Source: Bigelowiella natans CCMP2755 (Eukaryota > Protista > Cercozoa). Taken from it: 64,000 bases of DNA. Position numbers and translations under genes: made by a program. The stretch covers positions 55,480 through 119,479 of the forward strand of contig ADNK01000255.1 of assembly GCA_000320545.1 (NCBI GenBank), read 5' to 3'. Below the pieces are notes generated by a model. That model was given only the letters and a program-made list of their open reading frames with translations. It was not told where the DNA came from and made no database searches. Positions 1-14,366 of this stretch are shown here, piece by piece. Each line of letters opens with the position of its first letter. The first letter of the stretch is position 1.

Positions 1-1846
1 GATTCTTAAAATGATACGCGCCCTGAGAGCATCATATCGGATAGTCATCTGTTGCGTGAGATGGTTGCGGAGCAGCATAATTTTCCATCATCACAATCTC
101 TGCACGCATACGTTTATTTATGTTGTGATCATCGTCATTCGTCATCCATCATTAGGTGTTCTGTATCGCGGACAACATCGGGGTACTTTCGGAGAACAAG
201 CCGGTCATCTCTAACTCCTCTCGCGCAGCCGCCTCTGGCAAACAAAAAAGGCTGCTCGCGACAACGTTTTCAGTCAGCATTGCTTTCGCGTTTAACGCAG
301 TTCAGCCCTTTTTTATTTATACTAAGCTCGTTGCTGCTTTTGAAGGGACATTAGTTCTTCATGAAAGAGGGGGGGGGGGGGGGGGGGGGGGGGTCTTGTT
401 GCTCGGTAGGGTTCATGAAAAGATTCCCCCGTAAGATGAGTTGTGTACATCAACAGCTTCTACGGCACTTGCTATTCGTGGAGCCTCCTCACATTCCAAG
501 GGTTGTGGTCATTGCCATTGCTATCCTTTGCCGTCGTTTTTCGTTGTCAGCTTATTACTTTTATCGTTATATCATTATTACCATCGTTATTCTGATTAAA
601 TTATTGCTTTCGCATTCTCACTTCCAGGAGCAGAAGGCACGGATGATGGCGATGATGCAGCATGATGATGACCAGCCTCGCGAGCAGCATCTTCATCATA
701 CCCATCACCATCATTCTGGTAATAGAGTACATCATCAAGATCATCATCATCATCATCATCATCAACTTCATTATCCCTTCAAACGCAACATCTCCACAGC
801 AGTCCACCATCTCTCATCAGCGTCATCGTGGCATTGTGCCTATGCACACCATCGGCCACGTGTTAACTACTACTACTACTACTACTATAACAACAACAAC
901 AACAACTACTACTACTACCACAACGCATGTGGGAGAACGTCATTCTCATCATCTTGCTACTGGTGATACAGATAGGAAGTTATCGCCCACAGAAGAGTCG
1001 CTCAGCATCAACGGAGGAGGAGAAGGAAGAGGAGGAGAGGGATCGGATACGACAATGATGATGACGAAGCTAAGAGGCAGCATCACTGCAGACGTGGCCA
1101 TTAACATCGGTCCTGGGATGATATCGACTTCGCAATTGATCCCAGAAGAGGGAAAGAGCGTGGGCGAGCCTACCATATCACCAACAGGGTAACATATATG
1201 CTTGACGAGGATGGGTGGATGGGTTCTTTGATTCTACGAGAAGGAGGAGGAGGGGGAGGAGGAGGAGGAGGAAAGAAGCCTCATGCTGCTTATTATGTGC
1301 TGATGCTGGATGATTGATGCTGTGGTAAAATCACAACAGGGGAGATGATGATACACCCCAGAGGCTGTTGGAGAGAGATATAGGTCCTTATCAAGTAGTA
1401 TCTTTTATCTGCTCAATCACACTGATTATAATATGCATATTGCGTGTATTTTCGCAATATCACCGACTTGAAGAAGCCATAATACGACAAAACCGCTACA
1501 TCATTAGCGAGTCGCACAGACTGCGAGGAGAGCAAGGAGCGCATGGCGACCATCTCGGTGCTAAAACATATTATTGTTGTCTTATCTGCAAGAAGGGGGA
1601 GGGGGGGGGGTCAGGATTTGGCCACGTATTGGATGATACTGGAATAACGACAGCGATGATGATAATGCGGATGCAAAAGGCTGACTACGAGAGTAGAGAA
1701 AAGATGAAAATACAGAATTGCTTTCTTTCCTGATAACAGCACCATGATCATCTTTCCTCTTCTCAGGAGGCAAGAGGAGGGGAGCCTTGGTCAGTGGAAA
1801 TCATCGATTTTATCCGCGACATCACCAATTCACAGGTGTGTATCTG

Positions 1847-1887
<41 letters not shown>

Positions 1888-2088
1888 CAGCATGCACGAG
1901 ATGACGGCCATAGGAATGCATCAGATGTATTTAAAAATGCATTCTCCATCATCATGCCTTTTAGCCCTTCTCCTCCCGAAATTTTCAACAAATTCTTCTT
2001 CATCATCATCATCATCATCGATCCTGGTTATCAGATCGTGTTTGAGGGTGATGGGCAGGCGCATCTGGCCAACCTGAAGCCTATAGGT

Positions 2089-2130
<42 letters not shown>

Positions 2131-2294
2131 AGTAGCTTTACATATCATATAGAAATAACATATCTCTTGCATAATGTATGCACTATCAGGTCTCGCGGCG
2201 CTTTTGAACACTCAGGTGGTAGTAGTAGCAGTTTCGAAGCACAAAACATGTACAATGTAGCACACAGGCAATGAGAAACACGCAATATACAGAA

Positions 2295-2334
<40 letters not shown>

Positions 2335-2988
2335 TGCATGCATACAACATTCAAAATGGGGGCTGCTGTAACAACAATGATAGTGCACGTGCGTCGCGAA
2401 CGAAAACCGTGGTGTTTACTACTTCAACGGGCCTCTGCAGAGGGTATCATTTCCATTCATTATTATTATCATTCGTAGTAGAAGCAGTAGTAGCGATAGT
2501 AGCAGTAGCCGAAGCTTTCCTGTGGGACGATAAGTAGTAATAGCGTAATCATGATAAACAAAGTACCAGAGAAGATGGCCAGATACTATTGAAAGACCCG
2601 CAGCGGCTACATCTGTGCATTGTGTTGCGATTATGAGTTCCGTCGCAAATACAGGCAATCTTGAGGGCATGGAAGGAGAGTGAAAGCGAACGGGAGTCGG
2701 GAGGTCATAGTTGAGATAAATTGCGCCTCTCTACCATCATTCCAACAAAAGGACGCTTGTATTGCTTGGAATTGCATTTCTCGTTTGCAGCCCGCACCCA
2801 TGTCGCAATGATACGAATGTGATGAAGGTGATGATGACGATGATGAAGGTTATGATGACAGTATCTGCCATGTGTTCAGATGAAGCTGCTGCTCGGTTTG
2901 TGAGAGCTGCGGAGGAAATTCGTAGAAGAATTACAGAGGTACCTACCACGTTGTTGTTGTTGTTGTTGTTGTTGTATATATTGTGTAA

Positions 2989-3026
<38 letters not shown>

Positions 3027-5029
3027 CTCTCTGTATCTTTCATTCCTCACGATCATTCTTCTTTTTGATAACACCTCCCTCCCCTTTCAGGACCATCACA
3101 CGCTCTATGATGAGGCGGAAACGGTTGAAACTTCACTCTCCTTCTCCTTCTTCTCCTTCTTATCTTTCTTCTCTCTCTCCCTCTCCCTCTCTCCTTCTCT
3201 CTCGCTCCGCAAGCTCAGCTTTTGATATTCCTGACCAAACCTTAATTTAACTGATATTATGTGGAATAGACCAACTGGGGGAGGAGGAGGAGGAGGAGGA
3301 GGAGGAGGAGGAGGGGGAAGCAGTACTATCAGTAGCAGCAGCAGCATCGTCACCAGCACAAAGCGGAGGAATGAACCCTCCCCCTCCCCCCCCCATCAGC
3401 AGCAGCACCACCACCAGCACATCGTGGAGGACATTGTGCATCCATGCTTATGTGAACTTGGCAATCTGGTAGTAGTAGGGTTAGCTCTAATATGTAATAA
3501 CTTGTTGTAAGAATGCATGGAGACTACGACGATGATGATAGTGGTGATGATGATACAACGACCAACTCACTGTCATCACCAACCTTTCCCCATTCAGGTC
3601 GGATTCAACGTGGCCCAAAGTGAGCTTGGGGGGGGGGGGGGGGGGGTATAAAAGCTCGACGGAGGAGGAGGAGATAGCTTTGGTTTTACATCCGCTTACT
3701 CGATAACAGATATAGCGATGATGATGTGTTGAGAGTTGGGTTGTTGAGAGCCTTCTGTTGATGAAATCGAAATTACAGCTGATCTTTGTCCAACAAATAC
3801 GGCACCATTACCTACGATCATCACGGAATAAAAATCCATCAGTATCCGCAATAGGGCGTTTCAGTGCGTTGATTATTTTGGATGTCGTCTCCTTTCTCTC
3901 TCTGTGCACAATTATCAGCGAGGCGTATGCACAAGATTCTTGACCGGTACTCGACCTCCAGACTTCGGGTGCGGTTGAGGAAAGAGACTGCCTCGCCATG
4001 ATGATGATGATGATGATGATGGTGATGGTGATGATAATGATGATGATGATGATGATGATGATGATGGTGGTGGTGATGATGATGATGGTGATGCTGATGA
4101 TGAATGTGATGATTGACAACGTGTACATGCACGATTTTGTGCGGATTTTCAATCTAGCTGACGAGGAAGGAAGAAGATGCAGGAGGGCAATTCACAGCAG
4201 ACGACACAGACGTATCATCGATGACATCTATCCTCATCTGCGACCGCCTCGAGGCCAAACGTAATATATCCTGAATACGCACGTCCATAATCCTCTCTCT
4301 TCTCTCACATAAGAGGAAGGGTTGTAATCCGACTGAGAACATACTGATGAAATATCATGATGGATGATGATGATGATGATGATGATGATGCTGATGATGA
4401 TGCTGCTGCTGATGATGATGATGATGACAGTGATCCAATAACAAGATGGCTTAAACTTTGCATTTGATATTTGAAGAATCGTCCACAACAACTTCGTTGC
4501 TTTCCGAGTTGAGAAGAGAATGAAGTTGTGCTGATGAAGCCATCCTACACGTGTCTTTCCCCCATTCCACGCACATACACACACACACCCCTTCTCTCCA
4601 GCATATCGTCGTTTCTCATCGCATTGCGTGCTCCATACTCAACGAATATGTTGTTCTGGTAGACTTCGGCAATATCACGGCTTCTTCATCTGGTATATAC
4701 CTTAACACGCGACGATGAAGCAGTACTTCAAAGCATGCACACGCGCACGCAAAAAACGGAGAAAAATACGGGAAAGGGAGGGGGGAGACATCTACCGTAG
4801 GCTTCGTTACATCTTCATGTTTTCACGTCGTATCAGGGTCAAAGAAGGCGAAAGGGAAGAAAGCGTACAGCAACTACAAGTAATTCTCACGTGGAGAGAT
4901 AACAACCCAGATCATAAACCAGATAACAAAATAGTGATCGTACAATCGCGCATACAAGAACGCTGCTCACATGCACGCTTTTGCTGCAGATATGCGAGGA
5001 AGCTAAGGCGGGAGGATAAGATACGACGT

Positions 5030-5077
<48 letters not shown>

Positions 5078-5115
5078 TGTCAAAGCACAAAACACACACA
5101 CGCACACACACACGC

Positions 5116-5158
<43 letters not shown>

Positions 5159-5217
5159 TACATACACAGGGGCTCCACGAAACGTGCAACTGCTGACACG
5201 CGGAGACCCAGATATCG

Positions 5218-5252
<35 letters not shown>

Positions 5253-5310
5253 CCATATTATCAACAATATCACCTTCGACTCGAATTACGAAATTAAAAT
5301 GTCAATATAT

Positions 5311-5354
<44 letters not shown>

Positions 5355-5405
5355 TATTATACATAGGTGCTCGATAAGTGCACGGAGTACTGGGACGGTA
5401 AAAAT

Positions 5406-5449
<44 letters not shown>

Positions 5450-6352
5450 TTTTCTCTCCATACGTATGGGTGTGTATTGTGTATGTGAATTTGTATTTGT
5501 ATGTGTGAATTGAAGTAGCTCTTTCTTTGCGTTGAGAATTGTGAACGGCGGTTTTATTCCCTCCCCCTCTTCTGTTGAAGGCAAGGAAATCAAGCCAATT
5601 CAAGACAACTTTAAGAAGAAACTCCTGGTATATTTACACATGATGATGATGATGATGGTGATGATGTTGATTTTGCTCCGATAATTAATATTGATGACAA
5701 GAAACTCAATGTTGAGGGAAATGTCACCTTGGCAATTAGTAACGATGATAATGATGATAATGATGATGATGAAGAAGATGATGATGATGATGATCAGGAA
5801 ATCTGCACTCATTGGAGGAACGAAGCCTTGCAGATAATCGCCTTTGCATACACGTAAGAAGTTATAGAGCTAGTTCAACTCGAAGAATAGCAGTAGCAAC
5901 AACCGACAACGGCATTCTATTGTAGACATTGTTGATAATACCGATTATGTGGATTGCGGTGATAACGATGATGATGATGATGATGATGATGAAATTGCGG
6001 CATCAATCCTGTTAGCACTGAATTGACGACTGCTTCTATATTGTGCTGCAAAATCTGCCCATTTATCAAAGCCCTGTAAGTCCCTCGGTCACCAGCGAAA
6101 TCGTCGGCGGGTACGGCATCTCATCAGATTGAAATTGCGTGAATGCTTGCAAACCAATCACGATTCTCCTCCGTCACGCTCTGATTTGGAGAGAATAATT
6201 ATCGTCGGTCTTTGCCTCGCCATTACGATATTTCGCCGTTGTATCATCATCATTGTTTTCTTCTTCTTTTATTCTCACGAATGAATAGCAATTAAAGATT
6301 GCTGGTAGTACTTTATGCGCCCTCTTTCAAACATATTGTGCTCTATATATAT

Positions 6353-6392
<40 letters not shown>

Positions 6393-6579
6393 ACCTTCCT
6401 TTCCTCCTCCTCCTCCTCCTCCTCCCCCTCCTCGTCCCTTCTATTTGTTAAGCTACAAAACGAGTAGTCGTTCTGAGCCTGCATTAAGGCATATCGTCGA
6501 GCTAGGTGGGGGTGGATGATAGTGGTGGTGCTGAGTTGTAGCATTGCATTTTTAATTGTACTACCATACTTTTCAAAGC

Positions 6580-6623
<44 letters not shown>

Positions 6624-6676
6624 CCACACGCTATACATATACATATACACTCTCACTGCAAGAAGCGTACCAATTA

Positions 6677-6711
<35 letters not shown>

Positions 6712-7647
6712 ATATATGATGCTCTTTCTCCTCTTTCTCCCAATCCGCCATTGCTACCTCTCTCTTCTAACTTGTTGCAGAGGTTGAGGCGAAGGACAAC
6801 AAGGGCGACTTCACGGTGAGAGAGATAAGACAGCAAATATAACGACGGTCGCCATTGATGGAAGTATTTTAAGGCAGCAGCTCTTACCTTGCCACCGTCT
6901 CCCACTCTTTCCCTTCTCTCACCCCTCCCCCCTCCCCTCCACAGATACATCGCAGCGTGAACGCTGCTTTGAACCCATCCATCTCCAGAGCAAGAGGGAG
7001 AGGGGCGGCTCTAAGGAAGAGGGAGAAGAAAACGCGCCAGCTCTCTGCCCCCCCCCTCTCCTCATCATCCATTCCCATGCTACGCTTTGAGCGGGATGTG
7101 CTCGGAAAGCAGATTCTTCTTGGACTTCTGGCAAGGGGCGTTCAGCCGAAGGTGGGGAAGTATATAAATGCGTGCGATTTGTGAGTGTGTGTGTGTGTGT
7201 GTGTGCGTGCGTGCGTTGTGTGTGGGTGTCCTTCAATGGTCTCTATGATGTTTCAATTTATCAGGTGGAGGCGCCCTCGTTTGTAGAGCTACTTATGAAA
7301 TCGGGGATTCGGTGAGGAGAACGAGCAGAGAGTAGTATCATTTAATACAAAGGGGATGGATGGATGGATGGATGGATGGATGGGGAAGAGAAGAGAAGGC
7401 AGAGGGATGAGAGGAGAAATGCCTGATGGTCTCCCAAAGAACGCACACGCAACACATTGTTCGTGCCGATTTGAGACTCATTTCTCTAATTATTCTCTAG
7501 AAATTTATGGCACTGACTATTGTAAATTTATTCATAAAAGCAATGATGATAACAATGACGTTGTTGCTGTTTCTGCTGGGTAGCTTCGTATACATGTCGC
7601 GGGATGGCCCGATCAAAGCTAAGGCGTTAGCACGATGTACACCACGG

Positions 7648-7694
<47 letters not shown>

Positions 7695-8874
7695 GTATGC
7701 ACATTGAAATACGGTCAAAGATGTCTATCTTGGCATGACTGGCGTTGTGTGCAATGACACCATCGTCGAGTTCTGAAGCATCAGTCGCACAACATCTATT
7801 ATGATATCATTATTTATTATTATTATTATTATTGTTGTTATTATTATTATTATTTGCATAGCGTTGGGATTATTCACGGACTGGAACGCCCACATCTCAC
7901 TCAAAGACAAGATGAACAGCGACGAGCCCCCGGTGATTGATCGAGAAATAGACAGATAACTTCCTGCAGGAGGCAACGATGATTGTTGTCTTCTGACGTG
8001 AGAGTTGTGCATACGTAATCCCTATCATTGCTACGCATTCAGTGTTGTTAAGAGACGTGTTTGCTTGCTTCCCCTCTTCTACATGCAGGTGGAGGGCATT
8101 TCCAAGCTCCCGTGTGGCGTCAGCGCGGTAGTACGGGGAAGAGGAGGAGGAGGAGGAGGAATGTTGTTGTTGTTGTTGTTGTTGTTGATGATGATGATGA
8201 TGTAGAACACACAGACGATGATTACACGAATTAGAATACAGTGCGTGGGCGTGTGTGTGCTGTGTGTACACCAAAATGTCGTGAAGTTCTGTTCCTGTTC
8301 TCAGTCGGTGAGGATGAATTGTCATGTTGCTTCTTCTGCTGTTTACCTCTCCCCCCCTCCCCCACACCCCTCTCTCCCCCTCTCTGTCTCTTCCTTGCGC
8401 ATTGTCTCACTGTTCTCTTCTTCCTATCAACTACGATCCCCCAAGATTCGAAATCATTTGGAAGAAGTCGACGACGTCCCTTTACTGGTGTGGTTAGATT
8501 ATCATCAGCATCATCATTATCATCGTCATTATCATCATCATTATCATCATCATCAGCAGCATCAGCATCATCATCGTGATAGACATATGAAAAGAGTCTC
8601 AGTGTGTCGTGGTCTATTGTGAGGAAGAGAAGTTAACACATTACCCGACGATGATCGAAAAGGTTTCACTCTTTACCGACTGCGAGTCTCCGAGTATGAA
8701 GGAGATGATCAAGATCTACCAGGTCGCCAGCGTGTGAAAATGTGTGCGTGTGTGTGCGCGTGTGTGTAATGCTGTTCCCCAACATTCCGACAACCTTATT
8801 TTCAGGAGAATGGAGAGAGTGTTCTGTGCTTAAGTAAGTCATCTGCTCAATATTTAACATTTACATTTAACACA

Positions 8875-8911
<37 letters not shown>

Positions 8912-9783
8912 TCACACACGCACACACACACACCACTGTGTTGTCTGCCTGTACCAACACCTTCATCGTTACCCCCCCCCCCCCCCCCTCCCCAATTGTT
9001 GACTCGCGATGTCCCTTTCACAATGCATGCATGCATGCATGCATACATGTGCACAACGAACAGGCAGCGCGCTTTCAGTGAACGACCTCTCTGTGGCGGC
9101 TCAGGTGCGAAGAACAGCAGATGGATTAGCATGTATGAGGCATTACTCGTCGTCGATAATGAGCGGTGTTCAAATTTCCTTGCAGGCTGATCTGGCGATC
9201 TCGCTCGAGCCCCTCCCCCTGCGCACGTGCGCGTTTGAAGTCAAAGCGAGAAAGGTGGATGCGGCGGGCATGATTTACTACGCCTCGCCGATGATGATGT
9301 CCCTCTCTCGCGCCATCAACACGATCCCGTCTGCGTTTGCCTTTGAGGAGAAGACAACTCTACAAGAGCTTTTTTGGATAATCTCGATGACGAGGAGGTG
9401 GGTAGCAGCACGATTGCTACTACTAATGTTGTTTTTTACTTGCAACTGCGGGTAACATGCCAGCGGTGCTGCTGCTGCTGATGCTGCTGCTGATGATGAT
9501 GATGATATTTATACTGATGTATGGTGATGAGGAGGTGTGTGCGTGTGTATGTATGTGTTCGTGTTTGTGTTATACCTCTGTGTGAGCTGCTCGATTAAAG
9601 ACGTTCCTTTCATCTTCTTCATATTGTTGTTTTGTTATTACTCCAAGTTACCTTCGCAATCTCACACAATGCGCTGGTAATAGCCCACCAACAAACGCCG
9701 CTTATCTCCATAGAGTGTATACGATGCAAATTCATTGTGATCATGGATGATTATATGCGTGTATTTGTGTATTTATGATTTGC

Positions 9784-9834
<51 letters not shown>

Positions 9835-10121
9835 AGTATGTGTGTGCGTGTGTGCTTGTGCTCTGTCAAATATGGCGGCGCATATATATGTAACATGTAG
9901 CATATAATGTGATCTTCGTTCACAAACCCTACCCACTCGCCACTCATATCAATACCCTGATATTCATGTGATTAAACGTCTGTAACCACTGAGTATCCGT
10001 TGTTTTACTGCTCCTGCTCGTTGTTGTTCTGCTAGGTTTCTTTGCCGCAGGATGCCTCACGTGAGATGTTACTAGGCACAATATTACCAAACACAAAGGA
10101 CACCCTATCATAGCTCACTCA

Positions 10122-10153
<32 letters not shown>

Positions 10154-10258
10154 AAATGATGGAAAAGATGGTGCTTTTTTTTCCCCAGTACGATGCAATC
10201 TATATTATACAATCTATGTATTTCTTGTATTGCCCGCATTTCATTTGTTCGTTTTCTC

Positions 10259-10302
<44 letters not shown>

Positions 10303-10436
10303 ACTCGCTCCTTCTCAGGATCTTCTTCTCAATGCTCCTGAGCAATGTGTGCGGGACTCCGCCGCCGTTTATTGGCTATCACATATTGTGGCTGCTGTGG
10401 GTGAGTGCGTTCATGTGTGGGGGAGAGAGAAAGAGA

Positions 10437-10472
<36 letters not shown>

Positions 10473-10554
10473 ATGATGTTCCTATGTACTTCATTCAGCA
10501 TCCATTCAAATATGGACCTGCCCCATCACCAAAAATGTGGGATACGCGTTGGTT

Positions 10555-10590
<36 letters not shown>

Positions 10591-10969
10591 AACACAAACT
10601 GTGTTTCATCAAAGTCATTCCTCATCATCGTCATCGCTACTGTTGTCGTTTGATATCTCAGATAATCCTACCACTACTCTCTGGGTCGCTTTTCTTCACT
10701 TCTGTTAGGATGCAGGTAATGGTATAACGCACAGGTGGAAAGATGAAGATATTGCTCGATGCTGCTTCCTCCTCCTCCTCCACTGATTAAGGTCCTTTGG
10801 TACTTTGTGTGCTGCTGGTCAGAGCCTTGGAGACTTTGCTTTCAAGAACACGGAGCATTTCCAGGACATCAACAGGATATTCACCTACTACTTGCTGCGA
10901 TTTGCACCTGTAGTTGGATGGTAGTGCCTCATTTAAAATAAATGCAAGTCTTTGCCTCTCTCCCCCCCC

Positions 10970-11014
<45 letters not shown>

Positions 11015-12638
11015 ATCTGTTTATGTGGTTGTGCGCGTGAGTGTGCTTATTTTCCTCTCATCGATACAGGTTTCTTGCGACGTACCTTGTGACATTGCAT
11101 TTAAGGTGATAATGGTATCGATATTACTGGTGATGAGAAAGATAATGCTGCCGATATTTGTCGGTTGTTGCTTGGATGCCATGCCGCTGAAAAGCTATGG
11201 TAAAACGAAAACAATGCGAGATATCTAAGGCTCCTATTATCTGCTTGTATCCTCCTCCTCCTCCATTTTCTTCTTCTTCTTCGCCATCTTCGCCAGGGAC
11301 GATGGGGAGTCGGATATATCCGATCATTTCTACTGGAAGGCTACCGAGACTAGTAAACTTCTCTTTGCCAGAAACATTTCCTAGCGATGAGTAGAGAGGC
11401 AGTGCGTTGTCATTGTGTATGGAAGAACCAACGTCGGCGAAGAATAGGCAGAATGTAGTTTTACGGCTCTTTCTTTGAATTCATGCTCGGTATCATTAGC
11501 ATTACTGCTGCGGTGATTATTTGTCACCGCTAGCAGAACAGACATCTGATCGAGACGTTTTGGATCCATTTTTTCGCAAAAGAAGGTTCTAATCTTGTTG
11601 GGGACGTTGCGTTCGAATCTAAGATGACCCGAGCTCAGGTGCACAGACGCATGCCTAATCGAGACGACCCCTACGTTCAGTAGCATTGATAGCGATGAGA
11701 TCTATAATATTATCTGCCATCGGATGTGCGTGCAGTGTCGTATTTTGTGTTGTTGAGGTGTTGCTGCAATACTTTGCATGTCATTTAACAGTTGTCATCG
11801 TGTTTGTGTTTGTGGAATGGGCATCCTTCAGGCCTTTTCGTCGTTCATTCTAACATGCTCCCTTGTGGTCGCATCCATGTCATTCCTCTACCGGTGCTGC
11901 ATTGATCTCACAAATAATGCATGTTGCAGTCTAGTTAAATGACATATATGTGTATATGATACACTCGCAATCATTTGGTAAACAATCTATAATCACGTCT
12001 TTCTCCATTTCTGTATTCCTGCATCTACGACGATTGTGGCGACGGTTCTCTTTGTCTTCTGTCCTCCTCCAGATACGCTCATTCATGCTTCCTCTGCTAC
12101 TACTACTACTACTACTACTACTACTAACTACTTCTACTCCCACCGAATCCTAAACAACTCACCGATTTCCTATGTAGTCATGCAAGTATCTTTCGAAGCA
12201 ACCTCAGCCAGCAGCGAATGTGGATCCTTTGCGCGCTGGTGGCCATCGTGTTGCAGCTATTCTTCACATTTGGTGTCGCGCCGAACGCATTTGAAGGGCT
12301 TCCACACTTCTACTGGTCTTTATGTATATAAATCTATATCATATTATGTTTATGTTTGTGTTTGTGTATAGAATCCCATCGAAAACATCCTCTGTTTGCA
12401 TTTAGAAAACACTGAGGAACGTACATGTTGATTTCGTTTTATACCATCGTTCGGGACTACATTGATTCCTTCTTTACCACCACGATTTTCCATCATTAGG
12501 ATCTTGTTAATGATGCCATTGACCGTTCTTCTCGTGGACGAGCTGGCTAAGCAGCATGATCTTAAGCTCTTCACATTGTTCCAGAGACGCGCTAAATTAA
12601 TGTTTGATACCCTTCTCGGCATGCACAGTCCTAAGTGA
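1..12638 (+). CDS. TMEM94: TMEM94-like P-type-ATPase-related ER membrane protein; many small exons, 5' end probably outside the window
   Basis: Spliced exons give FVYMSRDGPIKAKALA..ALGLFTDWNAHISL (about 7580-7930), GISKLPCGVSA-IRNHLEEVDDVPLL-VSLFTDCESPSMKEMIKIYQ-ENGESVLCLGSALSVNDLSVAAQADLAISLEPLP (about 8090-9220) and C-terminal LVDELAKQHDLKLFTLFQRRAKLMFDTLLGMHSPK* (stop 12636-12638). These match recalled TMEM94 motifs. Exons before about 7000 are less certain. Confidence 0.85.
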
Positions 12639-13376
12639 GTACAAAAGAAAAGATCGTGAAAGTTGTATTCATAGCCTACATGTTCATAGCCTATATGCGA
12701 TTAAATTCGTCTTTCGAGTGTCTACAGCACATATGAGTCTTAGGTTGCGACGCACCGTCGCACCGTGCATCGCACATGAATGAATCAACATAAGCTGCAT
12801 GTAGATGATTGCTGCATCTACAAAAGGCATGCTCGTACCACGCAACGTGCACAGCACAGACTACGTATACACGCTAAGTCTGCTAGCCTTATTATGTAGT
12901 GCACAGTTACAAATAATCACAATATCATCATCAACGCTGTAGTCACAACTTTGCAAAGCTACATATTAGGATGACGCTTGAAAAATCTGAAACATTCGAT
13001 TCATATCGCGTGCATCCGTCTCATATTATCACTCACTGTGTGCGTGCAGCTATATATACGCTGGCCAGTCTTTATAGGGATATGTATGGCCGCACGCTCA
13101 TACATCAATATCTGAAGTCTCTTCGTGTAATAAATAATATGTGAGGAATAGAAGTATTTTTTTGTTTTTGTATTTTGAGCTATGCAAGAATAATTAGATA
13201 TGTGCATAACTAGCGCTAGTAGCGCGGATAAAAATGCAAGCAAAAATTCTTAATTTATACAGCTTGCTGATTCTTACAAGATAATACAAAATGTGATTTA
13301 AATGTGGAGAGCAATTCTTTCATTCTCCGCTAATCCTACGACTTAAACTATATACGACGTCGCCGTGCTACTTGAC

Positions 13377-13787
13377 CTATCTAAAAAAGTGGTTTCGGGC
13401 TAAAATCTTGACCCTCTCATTAAATGAAGAAGAATTTATCGGGGTATTTTTAAGGTAGAAAGGGTTCATGGCCACTTTGATGTAGAGCTTATATAGATCG
13501 TTAAAGAACTGCTTTATTGAGTTCTCGTCCTGTCCAAGTTGATGGAGCAGCATAAATTTTATGTGGCCCGCAGTTACATAAGCGGAGACCGGCATGTTGT
13601 TGAACCGATCTATTTCCTTCATGTACATGTTTGTTGTATTCCAAATCTTTTCGTCAAGTGAATCCAAGGCCTGATGGACGATGAATTGCAACTGGTTCTC
13701 GGGTACGCGTGCGAGAGCTCCTGAGGCTGGGAGCTTCGTTTCATAGATCAAAACATCCCCCTTAGCGACGATCGCAAGATACCCCAT
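13377..13787 (-). CDS. TRAPPC2: Sedlin / TRAPP complex subunit 2, intronless, 136 aa from ATG 13787
   Basis: MGYLAIVAKGDVLIYE..QFIVHQALDSLDEKIWNTTNMYMKEIDRFNNMPVSAYVTAGHIKFMLLH..LYIKVAMNPFY is a typical sedlin sequence. Confidence 0.93.
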   Translation of the reverse strand: MGYLAIVAKGDVLIYETKLPASGALARVPENQLQFIVHQALDSLDEKIWNTTNMYMKEIDRFNNMPVSAYVTAGHIKFMLLHQLGQDENSIKQFFNDLYKLYIKVAMNPFYLKNTPINSSSFNERVKILARNHFFR

Positions 13788-14366
13788 TTCCTGGTCTCGT
13801 TCGCTGTAAGTGTGCCGACTGACGAAGTTCTTTAGATAATCTCCTTCCTCCTTCTTTGCTGTCCGGTGGGGGGTGGAATTAAATCGGAACTCAGATCGGA
13901 ATGCAGATCCGCATCCAAAAAGAAGACCCTTCCAGATCAAATCATAAACGGGCTATAGCTCAAAAGTACCTAAGACAAAGGATCTTCTCGTGTCGCCAAT
14001 CGACGATCCGCTGAGGTTTATTGCATTTGACTGGCATTCGAGAAGGTTTTTGGGCTGACTTAAATTTTGCATGCATTGGCCCTGTCTCTGTATGGTGCGA
14101 CAAGACCCAATACCATCTTATTCTAGTATTTATATATATTCAGTACATTTGCATTCCATCGGGAAGTTCGAAACTGCAGATAACCGAATCAAGTACTCGT
14201 ATCCGCAGCAGATACAGCAGGGTTCACTTGTCGCAGGTAAAAAAAATAGGTAGTTTTTGGGGAATCGCTTAGATTTTTGTGCAACTTTTCATCATCATAG
14301 TGGCAAGAGAGGGCCTACCCAGGTGGAGCAGCTGCCCGCGAACAAGCGAGGCCAGCTACGCGCACC

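Noticed and set aside
3800-4700. Apparent minus-strand exons inside the TMEM94 region (e.g. EAVSFLNRTRSLEVEYRSR)
   Set aside because: Flanking plus-strand exons with good splice sites continue through the region and no coherent minus-strand gene could be built. Some exon assignments here remain uncertain.
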